A DNA stretch of 64,000 nucleotides, taken from Candidatus Latescibacterota bacterium. GTDB taxonomy: Bacteria > Latescibacterota > UBA2968 > UBA8231. Shown here piece after piece: positions 45,832 through 56,294 of this stretch. The DNA lies in NCBI GenBank assembly GCA_965243025.1, contig CBDETY010000003.1:3968001-4032000 (forward strand), read 5' to 3'. The notes under the pieces were generated by a model. That model worked only from the letters and a program-made list of their open reading frames with translations, was not told the DNA's origin and ran no database searches. A program made the translations under genes and the position numbers. The stretch's first letter is position 1. The number at the start of each line of letters is the position of its first letter.

Positions 45832-47019
45832 TCACACCCCCAGCTCCCGCTTGGCCTCCGCGAACTTCTCCAGTGCGAAATCGAGGTCGTCGCGGGTGTG
45901 GGCGGCCGACATCTGGGTGCGGATGCGCGCCGCTCCGTGGGGAACGACCGGGTAGAAGAAGCCGATGACGTACACCCCCTTGGCGAGCATCAGCGCCGCC
46001 ATCTCCTGCGCCAGGCCGGCGTCGCCGAGCATGATCGGAACGATCGCGTGGGAGCCCGGGCGGAGCTCGAAACCGAGGCTTTCCAGGCCCTGGCGGAAAT
46101 GGCGCGTGTTCGCCTGCAGCTGCCGCCTGAGCTCCGGTGAGCGGCCGATAATTTCCAGAGCCTTCAGCGAAGCCGCGACGATGCTCGGGGCAAGGGTGTT
46201 GGAGAACAGGTAGGGACGCGAGCGCTGGCGCAGCAGGGCGACGATCTCCCTGCGGCCGCTGGTGTAGCCGCCGCTGGCCCCGCCGAGGGCCTTGCCGAGG
46301 GTGCCGGTGATGACGTCGACGCGGCCTTCGACCCCGCAGTGCTCGTGCGTGCCGCGGCCGTTCTCGCCGACGAACCCGACCGCGTGCGAGTCGTCGATCA
46401 TCACCAGGGCGTCGTGCTCGTCGGCGAGGTCGCAGATCTCCGGAAGCTTCGCGTAGTATCCGTCCATCGAGAAGACGCCGTCGGTGGCGATCAGCCGGAA
46501 GCGGGCGGAGGCCGCTTCCTTGAGGCAGCTCTCCAGCTCCCCCATGTCGCTGTTCCCGTAACGCAGGCGCCGCGCCTTGCACAGGCGGATGCCGTCGATG
46601 ATGCTGGCGTGGTTGAGCTCGTCGCTGATCACCGCGTCCTCCGCGGCCAGCAGGGTTTCGAACAGCCCGCCGTTGGCGTCGAAGCAGGAGGAGTACAGGA
46701 TCGTGTCCTCGGTCCCGAGGAACCCGGAGATGCGCGCTTCGAGGGCCTTGTGGATCTGCTGCGTCCCGCAGATGAAGCGCACCGACGACAGCCCGAACCC
46801 CCACTCGTCGTAGCTGCGGCGCGCCGCCTCGATGATCTCCGGGTTGTCGGCGAGGCCGAGGTAGTTGTTGGCGCACATGTTGAGCACTTCCCCGCCCCCA
46901 TCGGCGATGCCGACGCGGGAACCCTGCGGGGTGGTGATGGTGCGCTCCTCCTTGAACAGGCTGGCGGCCTTTATGTCCGCTATCTGGGCGTCGAGATGCT
47001 CCTTGAGGGCTTCGTTCAT
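45832..47019 (-). CDS. kbl: Glycine C-acetyltransferase (2-amino-3-ketobutyrate CoA ligase)
   Basis: [57 protein letters not shown] 47019 after GGAGG. Confidence 0.95.
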   Translation of the reverse strand: MNEALKEHLDAQIADIKAASLFKEERTITTPQGSRVGIADGGGEVLNMCANNYLGLADNPEIIEAARRSYDEWGFGLSSVRFICGTQQIHKALEARISGFLGTEDTILYSSCFDANGGLFETLLAAEDAVISDELNHASIIDGIRLCKARRLRYGNSDMGELESCLKEAASARFRLIATDGVFSMDGYYAKLPEICDLADEHDALVMIDDSHAVGFVGENGRGTHEHCGVEGRVDVITGTLGKALGGASGGYTSGRREIVALLRQRSRPYLFSNTLAPSIVAASLKALEIIGRSPELRRQLQANTRHFRQGLESLGFELRPGSHAIVPIMLGDAGLAQEMAALMLAKGVYVIGFFYPVVPHGAARIRTQMSAAHTRDDLDFALEKFAEAKRELGV

Positions 47020-47170
47020 CGATTGGCCTCCTGTGGACTTCCTCCGTCTCAAGATCCCCCCAATCCCGGGGCGGCGCCAGAGCCCGGCTCACTGCCGGGT
47101 GGGGCTCTTGTTACCGATAACCCGGCGTTGTACAGTGGTAACGATTTCGGGTGCCCCCGTTACACTGGGA

Positions 47171-48361
47171 ATGCGAATGACTGGTTCGGCTGCATCCACC
47201 CGGTTTGCTTCGCCCGTCGCCTCGTTCGACCCCGGCCTGCTGCTGCGTCCGCTTCGGCGCACCTTCTCGCTCAGCCTCGGGGCGGCGGCGCTGCTGCACG
47301 GGACCATCGCCTTGATGAGCCCCTTTGACGGGGCGGTGACGAAAACACCCCGGCCCCTGACCCACAGGTTCGTCAAACGCGAACCCCGCCTGACCAAGCC
47401 CCTCGAGCTTCGCAAGATACCCCGGCCCAAACGGGTGGCGGTCCGCCGCTACTTCAAGCCCCTGCCCGCGGCGCGCATGGACCGGGTACAGGCGACCGCG
47501 GCCTTTGACGCCGCTCTCGTGGTCAGCCGGACCGCCGTGCCGCGCATCAGCGTTTCCCCCGCGTCTACCGCTCCCATCAGGCTGGAACCCGCAACCGACC
47601 CCGCCTTCGTCCTCACCAACAGCCGGGTGCCCGAAAACCGCATCGACATGGCCCTCGAGATGCTCGACCTGAAAACCATGGACACCGGCCGCTACAAGGC
47701 CATGGTGGTAGAAGACGAAACGGACCGTCAGGCGGTCCGGGGATTCGTGAAATTCGCGCAGGTGACGTCGGCGTCGGCCAATCAAATGGGTTGGGTCCAG
47801 CGAGAGATGCTGGGGTTCGACCTTCTTCGCGATGCCCTCAACGAATACACCGGCATTCACGCCGAGTTGGAGGGACAGATTACCTACGACGACAGCCGTC
47901 TGCTCGAAGTGCCCATCGTCATTCCCTGGGGTGAGCCGAACGAAAGCGAGATGGAGCACCTGACCCGCTATCTGCTCGCCGGCGGGTTCCTGTTCGGACC
48001 GGTGACCGAGCGCATGCAGGAGGGCCTGATCAAGTACGGCGGCCTCGTGCGAGGTCAGGACTTCTGGAGCGAACGCCTGCCCGAATCGCACCCGGTTTTT
48101 CACTCGTTCTTCGATCTCGACGTCGTTCCGTCCGGGTACTGGTCCGGGATTTCGGCGAAGTGGCAGGGTTGGCTGCACACGACAGGCTATTTCATCGACG
48201 GCCGTCTCGCCGCCATCGAGACGAGCAACTACTGGGGCTGGTTCAACCACCTGTACAGCGGCGACTCGACGCGGCAGCTGCAGATGGCCGTCAACGTCGT
48301 CGTCTTCGCGCTGACCCAGGAGGGCTCGATGACCCAGCGCCTGATGCAGATGCTGAACTGA
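47171..48361 (+). CDS. Membrane-anchored DUF4159 domain protein
   Basis: N-terminal TM (SL...ALLH); YLLAGGFL, LPESHPVFHSFFD, DGRL, QMAVNVVVFALT. Start approximate. Confidence 0.7.
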   Translation: MRMTGSAASTRFASPVASFDPGLLLRPLRRTFSLSLGAAALLHGTIALMSPFDGAVTKTPRPLTHRFVKREPRLTKPLELRKIPRPKRVAVRRYFKPLPAARMDRVQATAAFDAALVVSRTAVPRISVSPASTAPIRLEPATDPAFVLTNSRVPENRIDMALEMLDLKTMDTGRYKAMVVEDETDRQAVRGFVKFAQVTSASANQMGWVQREMLGFDLLRDALNEYTGIHAELEGQITYDDSRLLEVPIVIPWGEPNESEMEHLTRYLLAGGFLFGPVTERMQEGLIKYGGLVRGQDFWSERLPESHPVFHSFFDLDVVPSGYWSGISAKWQGWLHTTGYFIDGRLAAIETSNYWGWFNHLYSGDSTRQLQMAVNVVVFALTQEGSMTQRLMQMLN

Positions 48362-49119
48362 TGAAGCCGGACGCGCAAAAACACAGGCAGTGGAAGAGGT
48401 TCTTCGACGCTTTCGGCTTCCTGTTTCTGCCGGGCGCAATGGGCGATGACATCGAGTGGATCGACGCCGAGTTCGAAGCGGCCCTGGCCGGCAGCGGCCG
48501 CGCGCACGACGGCAGCGAGCGCACCAGCTTCAGCGACGAGATCCTTCGCAGCGAACCCATCTGCGCCCTCGTCGAGAACCCGGTTATCAACCGGATCCTG
48601 TCCGCACTGCTCGGCGATGACTTCATCTACCTGGGGACTGGCGCGGACATCTACGTCGGCGACAGTCAGTGGCATCCCGACATGCACGCGGCGGCCGTCC
48701 CCCACCTCAAGCTGGCGCTCTACCTCGACCCCCTCACCAGTGAGACGGGAGCGCTAAGAGTCGTGCCGGGGTCGCACCTTCAGGGGTTCAAAGGCAACCT
48801 TTCCACGGAGGAGCTCTGGGGGCTGAGCCCTCGCGACGTGCCCTGCTGGTCGCCGGACAACAGACCCGGAGACGTAGCGGTGTTCAATCTCCACACGCTG
48901 CACAACGCCCTCGGCGGGGATTCCCGCCGCCGCATGCTCAACATCGTCGCCTGCGCCGACTGCCGGACGCCCGAACAGCTCGCCTACCTCGACGAGCGCA
49001 TCGGCTACCATCGGGGGCCGGTCTACCCGGACGTGATGGTTTCCACCGCGACACCGGAACGCATGCGCCACCTCGAGCGGATTCTCGACCGGGAGCGCGC
49101 TCTTGGCAGAAGGCCCTGA
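48361..49119 (+). CDS. PhyH family Fe(II)/2OG dioxygenase
   Basis: TGATG overlap; FFDAFGFL; WHPD; GALRVVPGSH; PGDVAVF...LHNA; RRM. Confidence 0.88.
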   Translation: MKPDAQKHRQWKRFFDAFGFLFLPGAMGDDIEWIDAEFEAALAGSGRAHDGSERTSFSDEILRSEPICALVENPVINRILSALLGDDFIYLGTGADIYVGDSQWHPDMHAAAVPHLKLALYLDPLTSETGALRVVPGSHLQGFKGNLSTEELWGLSPRDVPCWSPDNRPGDVAVFNLHTLHNALGGDSRRRMLNIVACADCRTPEQLAYLDERIGYHRGPVYPDVMVSTATPERMRHLERILDRERALGRRP

Positions 49120-49147
49120 GCGGGCTCCGTCCCGGCGGGCGTCGTCG

Positions 49148-51550
49148 ATGACCCGGTCGAGCCCGTTGGCGCGCGTGCCCCGGCTCACCCGCGTACCCCC
49201 TGCTCCCTGCGCGACCGTTCTCCTGGTCGTATTGACCGCGCTCTCAGCTGCCGAAGGCCGCGAAAAGCTCCTGGTCTGGGGATTGAGCACCCAGAGCGAG
49301 TGGGACCGCGGCATCCAGGTAATCACCGAAATCTTCGAGGACCGCCACGGCGTGGAGATCGTCACCTTCAGTCCTGGCAGTTCGACCCCCGAAAAGGTGA
49401 TGAGCGCCATTGTCGGCGGCACCGCCCCGGACCTGCTTCCGCTCGGGTCCTTCACGAAGGACTGGGTGGCCCGCGGAGTCGTGCGCCCGCTCGACGACCT
49501 GATCGCCCGGGACCGCGATTCTCCCTACGCGATCCGCCTCGACGATTTCTACCCCGCCAGCCTCGAGCACGTCTCGTTCGAGGGGCGTCTGTACGCGGTT
49601 CCCGACTGGGCCATCGGCATGGCCCTGTATTACAACCGCGATCTCTTCATCGCCGCCGGTCTGGTGGACCCCCTCGGCAATCCGCTCCCGCCGCGCACAT
49701 GGGACGACTGGCTGCAGTACAACGAAGCCCTGACGCGCCGGGATGAAGACGGAAACCTGGTGCGCATCGGCGCAAACCCCCGGGGGTACGTCCCGTCCCT
49801 GTTCACGCTGGCCACCCAGCTCGGAGGGCGTTTCGTCAGCGATGACGGCCGCCGCTGCACCATGGACGACCCGAAGATCGGCGAAGCGATGCGCTGGTTG
49901 CTGCGGCTGACCGTCCAGTTCGGGGGACGCCGCAATCTGAACGCCTTCGTCAGCAGCGGCCGGTTTTCCGGAATCGACCCGCTGTTTGTCGGGGGCGAAG
50001 CGATGCGCATCGAAGGGCAGTGGTACATCACCAATTTTGCCCGTTTCGGTCCCGACGTCGACTACGACGTGGCGCCGATTCCCCACTTCGAGGGTCGACC
50101 ACGGGTCGACTTTCAGATTACGACTGCCTGGGGCATCCCCCACGGCGCCAACAATCCCGAGCTCGCGTGGGAGCTGATCAAGTGGTACCTCAGCCCCGAG
50201 GCCCAGGAGATAAAGGTTCGCGAGACCATCGAGTTCACGAAGAACCGCGGTCACCCCTTCACTCCCTTCACGACCGCCAACCGGCGCATCAACCGGCTTG
50301 TCGAAGAGAAGTACGTCCGTGACAACCCGGTGTTTCCCGAGAAGACGCGGCGCGCCTACGCCGGCTTCGTTCGCCGACTCGACACGGCGACCTGGCTGCG
50401 GCCGGTGATGACCCCGGCGGGACAGCTGATGGATCAGGAACTGGGGCGCGCTTTCGAAGCGGCCGCCCTGGGCAAGCTGAGCGGCGACGAGGCACTGGAA
50501 GAAGCGAGGGGGAGAATCCAGCGGGCTCTCGATCTCTACTGGGAGGAGGAGGAACTGCCGCTGGTTTCGTGGAAACGGGTGTGGATGGGGGCGCTGGCCC
50601 TGGCCCTGGGAGCGGCCGGTCTGCTCGCGGGCCGCGCTCGACGCGCCGCCCGTTCTCTCGGCCGTCAGCGCCGCGGCGAAGCGCTCGCGGGTATTCTGTG
50701 CGTCTCCCCCTGGGCGGTCGGTTTCGCGGTTTTCATGGCCGGCCCGGTGATCTTCTCCGTCGTCCTCAGCTTTTGCCGGTACAGCGTCCTCAAGCCCGCA
50801 AGGTGGGTGGGCGCGGCCAATTACGTCGAGCTCTTCGGCGACGATCCCCTGTTCTGGAAGTCTCTGCTCAACACGGTGTACATGATGATCGGCATTCCAG
50901 CCGGCCTCGTCGTCGGCCTGGGCCTGGCGATGTTGTTGAACCGGGCCGTGCGCGGCATGTCGGCCTACCGCACCGTCTACTTCCTGCCCTCCATCGTGCC
51001 CGCGGTGGCGTCGGCGATTCTGTGGTTGTGGATCTTTCACCCCACCAGCGGTCTGATGAATCAGTTCCTCGCCTGGTTCGGCATCGCCGGACCGATGTGG
51101 CTGCAGTCCGAATCCTGGGCAAAGCCGGCGATCATCATCAACGGCCTCTGGGGAGCCGGCGGCGGCATGATCATCTGGCTCGCAGGCCTGAAGGGGATTC
51201 CCGTGCACCTCTACGAAGCTGCCGACATCGATGGCGCCAACTGGTGGGCGCGCTTCCGCTATGTCACCCTGCCGATGCTGACGCCCTACGTCTTCTTCAA
51301 CCTCGTCATGGGTACCATCGGCACCCTGCAGATCTTCACGCAGGCGGTGGTGATGACCCGGGGCGGCCCGCTCGATTCCACCCTCTTCTACGTCTATTAC
51401 CTGTTCAACAACGCCTTCGCCTACTTCCGCATGGGGTACGCCTCGGCGATGGCCTGGATCCTGTTCCTGGTCATTCTCGCGTTGACACTGGTCCAGCTCA
51501 AGGTGGCCCCGCGCTGGGTCCACTACGAGGGGCAGACCGGGAATTCCTGA
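49148..51550 (+). CDS. Fused carbohydrate ABC transporter substrate-binding protein plus MalF-type permease
   Basis: SBP_bac_1 motifs (GGTAPDL, GRLYAVP, LYYNRDLF, PRTWDD, AWELIKW) continue in one ORF into the permease (YFLPSIVP, LYEAADIDGA EAA loop, MGYASAMAW). Start 49103 or 49148. Confidence 0.88.
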   Translation: MTRSSPLARVPRLTRVPPAPCATVLLVVLTALSAAEGREKLLVWGLSTQSEWDRGIQVITEIFEDRHGVEIVTFSPGSSTPEKVMSAIVGGTAPDLLPLGSFTKDWVARGVVRPLDDLIARDRDSPYAIRLDDFYPASLEHVSFEGRLYAVPDWAIGMALYYNRDLFIAAGLVDPLGNPLPPRTWDDWLQYNEALTRRDEDGNLVRIGANPRGYVPSLFTLATQLGGRFVSDDGRRCTMDDPKIGEAMRWLLRLTVQFGGRRNLNAFVSSGRFSGIDPLFVGGEAMRIEGQWYITNFARFGPDVDYDVAPIPHFEGRPRVDFQITTAWGIPHGANNPELAWELIKWYLSPEAQEIKVRETIEFTKNRGHPFTPFTTANRRINRLVEEKYVRDNPVFPEKTRRAYAGFVRRLDTATWLRPVMTPAGQLMDQELGRAFEAAALGKLSGDEALEEARGRIQRALDLYWEEEELPLVSWKRVWMGALALALGAAGLLAGRARRAARSLGRQRRGEALAGILCVSPWAVGFAVFMAGPVIFSVVLSFCRYSVLKPARWVGAANYVELFGDDPLFWKSLLNTVYMMIGIPAGLVVGLGLAMLLNRAVRGMSAYRTVYFLPSIVPAVASAILWLWIFHPTSGLMNQFLAWFGIAGPMWLQSESWAKPAIIINGLWGAGGGMIIWLAGLKGIPVHLYEAADIDGANWWARFRYVTLPMLTPYVFFNLVMGTIGTLQIFTQAVVMTRGGPLDSTLFYVYYLFNNAFAYFRMGYASAMAWILFLVILALTLVQLKVAPRWVHYEGQTGNS

Positions 51551-51553
51551 TCG

Positions 51554-53263
51554 ATGGCCACAGGCTTGAAATCCGCGTTGTCCCAGTCCCTTTACCACAC
51601 CGTTCTCGCCGCGGGGGGGTTGCTGTTCGCGGCGCCGTTCCTGTGGCTTCTCAGCGGCAGCCTCAAGGAGCACGAGGAGTTCTACGCCCCCCGGCCGGTC
51701 TGGTTTCCCGCCATGCCGCAGAAGGTGGCTTCGTCGCCTTACGTCGAGCCTGGGGACGAAGGAGGCAGACCCGCCGGAATCCCGGCGGTCCGCTGGGCGG
51801 ACCTCGAACCGCGGCTTCTCGATGTCTTCGAAGAGCGCATACGCGAAACGGCTTCAGCGCACGTTCTCGAGACCCTCGACCTGCTGCCCGGATTGGGAAA
51901 GGTCGTGGCCCGCGGGGCCGTCAACAGTGTCGCGGCTCGTTTCGGCGCCGACCTCGGCCGCGACCGCGGCGTTCCCCGCAGCGACGACGAGGTCGTTGCT
52001 TTTGCGACCGGACAGATCGATGAGGAGCTCGTCGACCGCGCCTGGAGCCGGTCCTTCAGGGGCGTCCTCGTCGGAGAGCTGGTCGCCTACTACCGCGATG
52101 GCACCACCGAGACGGTGCTGGGATTCAGCCATTATCGAGGGGCTGATGCAGCGGCCGGCGTTTCCGCGGGTCCCCGGCTGGCGTACCAGGAGCGCCCCGG
52201 AACGCTTCTGGCCTATGATTTCGGCGGCGGCGGGCCCGCCGCCCTCGAACTGCCGCTCGCAGCACCGCTGCGGACCCGGGACATCGTTCGCCTGGTGCTG
52301 CCCGTACGCGGGGACCGGTCGTATCACGACCTCGTCGCAACCCTTCAGACCGGCGGGGCGACCTACCGGATCGGCGACCCCTTCGTGCTCGAAAACGACC
52401 GCTGGATGGATGCGATCTGGACTTTCGAGGATCCCACCCTGCGCGAGCGACGCACCGTGTACCATTCCGCCGACCTCACTCCCTTCGAGCAGCTCGACGG
52501 CTCCCGCGCCGGCGAGCACGGCCCCAGCCTGACCCTTGCGTTCGAGCGCGTGTCGTACCCCCGGGTGCTGTACAGGCGCCTGATTCGCAACTACGCCGGG
52601 GCCACTCTGGCCATCCCGTTCGCCAGATACTTCTACAACACAGTGGTTCTCACGGTCCTCAACATCGGTGCGACGCTGCTCTCCTGTTCGCTCATCGCCT
52701 ACGGTTTCGCGCGCCTGCGCTGGCCGGGCAGGGAGTTTCTGTTCGCCGTGGTATTGGCCACCATGATGCTTCCGCCTCAGGTGACGATGATCCCGCAGTT
52801 CCTCATCTGGCGAGGACTCGGCCAGTACGACACCTATCAGCCGCTCTGGCTGCCCGCCTTGTTCGGGTCGGGGTTTTTCATTTTTCTGATGCGCCAGTTC
52901 ATGCTGTCCATACCCAAGGATCTGGAGGATGCGGCGCGCATCGACGGCGCCGGGTACCTGGCGACCTTCCGGTATGTGATTCTGCCGCTGTTGAAACCGG
53001 CCCTGGCCGCGGTCTGCATCTTTCAGTTCATGGGTACCTGGAACGATTTCCTCGGGCCGCTGATCTATCTCAGTTCCCAGGACAAGGCGCCGCTGTCTCT
53101 CGGTCTGTTCCACTTCAGAGGCAGCCACTTCGTCAACGCCGTGGGTGAGGTGGGTCTGCTGATGGCGGCGAGCATGATCATGGTGCTGCCGGTAATCATC
53201 CTGTTCTTTTCCGCGCAGCGGTACTTCATCCAGGGCATCACCTTCACCGGGATGCGCAACTGA
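51554..53263 (+). CDS. MalG-type carbohydrate ABC permease with large extracytoplasmic insertion
   Basis: PFLWLLSGSLK, then about 300 soluble residues, then NY...YFYNT, AYGFARL, LEDAARIDGA, WNDFLGPL. Confidence 0.88.
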   Translation: MATGLKSALSQSLYHTVLAAGGLLFAAPFLWLLSGSLKEHEEFYAPRPVWFPAMPQKVASSPYVEPGDEGGRPAGIPAVRWADLEPRLLDVFEERIRETASAHVLETLDLLPGLGKVVARGAVNSVAARFGADLGRDRGVPRSDDEVVAFATGQIDEELVDRAWSRSFRGVLVGELVAYYRDGTTETVLGFSHYRGADAAAGVSAGPRLAYQERPGTLLAYDFGGGGPAALELPLAAPLRTRDIVRLVLPVRGDRSYHDLVATLQTGGATYRIGDPFVLENDRWMDAIWTFEDPTLRERRTVYHSADLTPFEQLDGSRAGEHGPSLTLAFERVSYPRVLYRRLIRNYAGATLAIPFARYFYNTVVLTVLNIGATLLSCSLIAYGFARLRWPGREFLFAVVLATMMLPPQVTMIPQFLIWRGLGQYDTYQPLWLPALFGSGFFIFLMRQFMLSIPKDLEDAARIDGAGYLATFRYVILPLLKPALAAVCIFQFMGTWNDFLGPLIYLSSQDKAPLSLGLFHFRGSHFVNAVGEVGLLMAASMIMVLPVIILFFSAQRYFIQGITFTGMRN

Positions 53264-53278
53264 ACAGCGGGGCGAGAT

Positions 53279-54457
53279 ATGGACGAACGCGCGATGAGCG
53301 AACGGGGCCGCGTGCGCATCACCGGCCTCAAGGCGATGGAGCTCAGGAACGCGGCCGGGCAGAGCCTGGTTCGCGTCGAGACGGACGCCGGACTGACCGG
53401 CATCGGCGAGGCGGGAGTCGCAGGACCGGCGGCGCGCGCCAACCTGCTGTGGCTCGAGCCCGTTCTCATCGGCGCCGACCCGCTCAACATCGACAAGCTC
53501 TATCACGAGATGATGGGCCTCCAGCATACCTTCCAGGCGCACGTGCCGACAGTCAGCGGCGTCGACATCGCCCTGTGGGACCTCGCCGGCAAGATCCTCG
53601 GTCTCCCGGTCAGCGACATGCTCACCGGCCGCTTCCGCGACCGCGTCGAGATCTACTACGGCGGGGCGCCGGCCGACTGGAGCGACCGGGCCGCGGTCGA
53701 CGACTGGGTCAGCGAGTTCCGCGCCCACCCCCACGGCTACCGCACCCTGAAGTTCGGCTTCGACCAACTGCTCGACAGCGGCCGGCTGTCGCGGCCCTAC
53801 AGGGCGGCCAGACCGGGTCAGACCCTGAACGGCAGCCACCTCAAGCGCATTCGCGACGGGTACGAGACCATGCGCGACGCTTTCGGCTGGGACCTCGACT
53901 TCATCGTCCACTGCCACAACGAGTGGGACGTGCCGTCGGCGATCGGCATTTCGCAGGCGGTGGAAGAGGTGCGGCCTCTGTGGATCGAAGACCCGCTGCA
54001 GGTCTGGTTTTCCGATGGGTACAAACAGCTCAGGGCGGCTTCCCGGGTGCCGGTCTGCACCGGCGAGAAGATCGAGGGGTTCCGCGACTTCTTCCCCTTC
54101 ATCGTCGAGGGCGGGATCGACGTGCTGCACCCCGACCTCTGCTGGTGCGGCGGCATCAGCGGCGGCCGCAAGATCGCCGAGCTCGCCGAACACTTCGGCC
54201 TGCCCGTGGCCCTGCACAACTGCGGCAGTCTCGTCCACAACATGGCCAACGTGCACTTCGGAGCGATGGTGAGAAACTTCAGCATGAGCGAGACGCGGCT
54301 GTACAGCCACGATTTCGTCGCCGAAATGGGAGGGCTCGACGGGTACGATTTCGTCGACGGCATGCTGGCGGTGCCCGACGGCCCGGGGCTGGGCATCGAC
54401 CTCGTGCCCGAGGTGCTGCGCGCCGAACTCAAGGAAGGGGAGCCGTTCTGGGATTGA
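53279..54457 (+). CDS. Mandelate racemase/enolase superfamily acid-sugar dehydratase
   Basis: VETDAGLTGIGE, SGVDIALWDLAGK, WIEDP, TGEK, HPD, LHN, PGLGID. Confidence 0.88.
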   Translation: MDERAMSERGRVRITGLKAMELRNAAGQSLVRVETDAGLTGIGEAGVAGPAARANLLWLEPVLIGADPLNIDKLYHEMMGLQHTFQAHVPTVSGVDIALWDLAGKILGLPVSDMLTGRFRDRVEIYYGGAPADWSDRAAVDDWVSEFRAHPHGYRTLKFGFDQLLDSGRLSRPYRAARPGQTLNGSHLKRIRDGYETMRDAFGWDLDFIVHCHNEWDVPSAIGISQAVEEVRPLWIEDPLQVWFSDGYKQLRAASRVPVCTGEKIEGFRDFFPFIVEGGIDVLHPDLCWCGGISGGRKIAELAEHFGLPVALHNCGSLVHNMANVHFGAMVRNFSMSETRLYSHDFVAEMGGLDGYDFVDGMLAVPDGPGLGIDLVPEVLRAELKEGEPFWD

Positions 54458-54459
54458 CC

Positions 54460-56184
54460 ATGGGCAAAGCCGACCCGGGAATCGCCATCCACATGCCGGG
54501 CCGGCTCGGGGAAGAACGCCCGGTCGGGGGCTGGCCCAACCTCGTGGAGGTCGCCGATCTCGCCATCGGCCACTTCAACGAAATCGCCGACCCGAACTTC
54601 AACTACATGGCCTACGTCGGCGGCTCGCTGGGGCTTTCCACCCCCTGCTTCACCCGCTCCCTGTGGGACTGGACCGAGGCCGCCTCATACGCGCTTCCGG
54701 GGCGCATCGCGGCACGGCGCCTCACCGGCAACCTGAGCGGCCAGGAGGTGGAGATCGGCCAGAGGCAGCTCACGCTGGCTTCCTTCTTCGATCTCGACGG
54801 GTTTGCCCACCGCGGATTCGCCACCGGGTGGAGCGAAGACACGAGCGTGGTCCTGTGGGAGCAGGGGCGCGTGCTGTTCACGCTGATGGCGTGGTTCCTC
54901 GAAAGCGAAGACGAGCGCCTCCTGCACTACGTGCGCGGCTTGCTGAAAGCGCTGAGGGGCGCCAGCGGTCTCGAGGGTTCCCGGCGGCTCTTCGACGCGC
55001 GCTTCAGCGTCGGGCAGCCGTTCACCGACGTGGCCCCGATGGTCCTGGTGGAGCCATTGATGAAGTACTGGGAGCTGACGGGCGACTCCGGCGCCCTCGA
55101 GTTCTGCGAGGGGATCGTCGACTGGGCCGTCCACCCGGAAACTCATTTCGTCGATGACGAGTACCGCTTCAGCGGCTGGCTGCGCTCGCTGGCCGCCGGA
55201 CTGGCCGGCATCGTGCGGTTCGCCGCGGCGACCGGCGACGACGCGCTGCTGGAAAAAACCGAGCGCATGTTCCGATCCGCCTCCGGCCTGACGGCGCGCT
55301 CAGGCGCCACGCCGGACACGGAGCCGTGCTGCACCAACATGGAGCTGACGACGTCGGCGGTTGCCCTGGCCCGGAGCGGACGCAGCGAATGGTGGGACCT
55401 GGTCGACCGCCACTTCAGGAACCACACCCTCGAATGCCAGTTCACCGATCCCGGCGGCGTGGAGCCCGGGTATGTCGGCGAAGACCCCGCGCCGGCCGAC
55501 GACACCCGCGACATCCTCCGCCGGTCGATTGGCGGCTTCACCTGGTCCTCGGCGCGGGAGCATTTCTTCCACCGCTCCAAACTGATGCTCTGCTGCGGCG
55601 GCAACGCCATGTGGACGCTCGGCAAGATCGCCGCCAACGCCGCCACCGAGGAAGGGGGAGAGCTGCGCGTCAACCTGCACTTCAGCCTCGACACGCCGCT
55701 GGCGTCGATCACCAACCGGGAGCCGTTCGAGGGAAAACTGGAAGTGATCCCGCGGCGCGAGGGCGCGGTCTGGGTTCGCAAGCCCGCGTACGCCGCATCG
55801 GTAGAAGCCACCGTCGACGGGGTTCCTGCCTCGCCGAAAACAACCGGCGATTACCTGCGCTTCGACAGCGTGCGCGAGGGCGCGCGCATCGTCCTGCAGT
55901 ACCCACTCCCGGAGAAGACCACGAGCGAAAAGACCATGGAGTCGCCGTTCGAGGCCGAAGACAAGGGGCGCGGCAGCTTTGCACCGGTGAAGTCCGACCC
56001 CGCGGTTTTCGAGGAGATCCAGACGACCTGGCGCGGTAACACGGTGCTGGCCATCGACTACGACAGCGATTCGCCGCACCCGAAACACCGGCTCTACCTC
56101 GACCGCATGGAGCGCTTTCGCAGCGGCGCCGGCCGCGAGGCTGCGGCGCGGTTCTTTCTCCCGGAACGGCCGTTCGAGTGGTAG
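54460..56184 (+). CDS. GH127/GH146-like (alpha/alpha)6 glycoside hydrolase
   Basis: ATG 54460; E-x-C (TEPCC) and CC (LCCGGN) Zn/Cys-nucleophile-type motifs; RNH..E.Q; C-terminal VRKP.Y and WRGNTV beta domain. Confidence 0.6.
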   Translation: MGKADPGIAIHMPGRLGEERPVGGWPNLVEVADLAIGHFNEIADPNFNYMAYVGGSLGLSTPCFTRSLWDWTEAASYALPGRIAARRLTGNLSGQEVEIGQRQLTLASFFDLDGFAHRGFATGWSEDTSVVLWEQGRVLFTLMAWFLESEDERLLHYVRGLLKALRGASGLEGSRRLFDARFSVGQPFTDVAPMVLVEPLMKYWELTGDSGALEFCEGIVDWAVHPETHFVDDEYRFSGWLRSLAAGLAGIVRFAAATGDDALLEKTERMFRSASGLTARSGATPDTEPCCTNMELTTSAVALARSGRSEWWDLVDRHFRNHTLECQFTDPGGVEPGYVGEDPAPADDTRDILRRSIGGFTWSSAREHFFHRSKLMLCCGGNAMWTLGKIAANAATEEGGELRVNLHFSLDTPLASITNREPFEGKLEVIPRREGAVWVRKPAYAASVEATVDGVPASPKTTGDYLRFDSVREGARIVLQYPLPEKTTSEKTMESPFEAEDKGRGSFAPVKSDPAVFEEIQTTWRGNTVLAIDYDSDSPHPKHRLYLDRMERFRSGAGREAAARFFLPERPFEW

Positions 56185-56294
56185 GGGATGTCCCCCTTTA
56201 AAGAGAGAGCATCCGAGTCTCTGGCCCCGGAGCAGGCAACTGCCCTTCCCTGAAAACCCTCGCAGCTGCACCGAGCCAGGAAAGGACCCTTCGT

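Noticed and set aside
47020-47170. Glycine riboswitch upstream of kbl
   Set aside because: Hairpins are present, but the conserved GGAGA...CCGAAG...CTCTCAGG elements are not.
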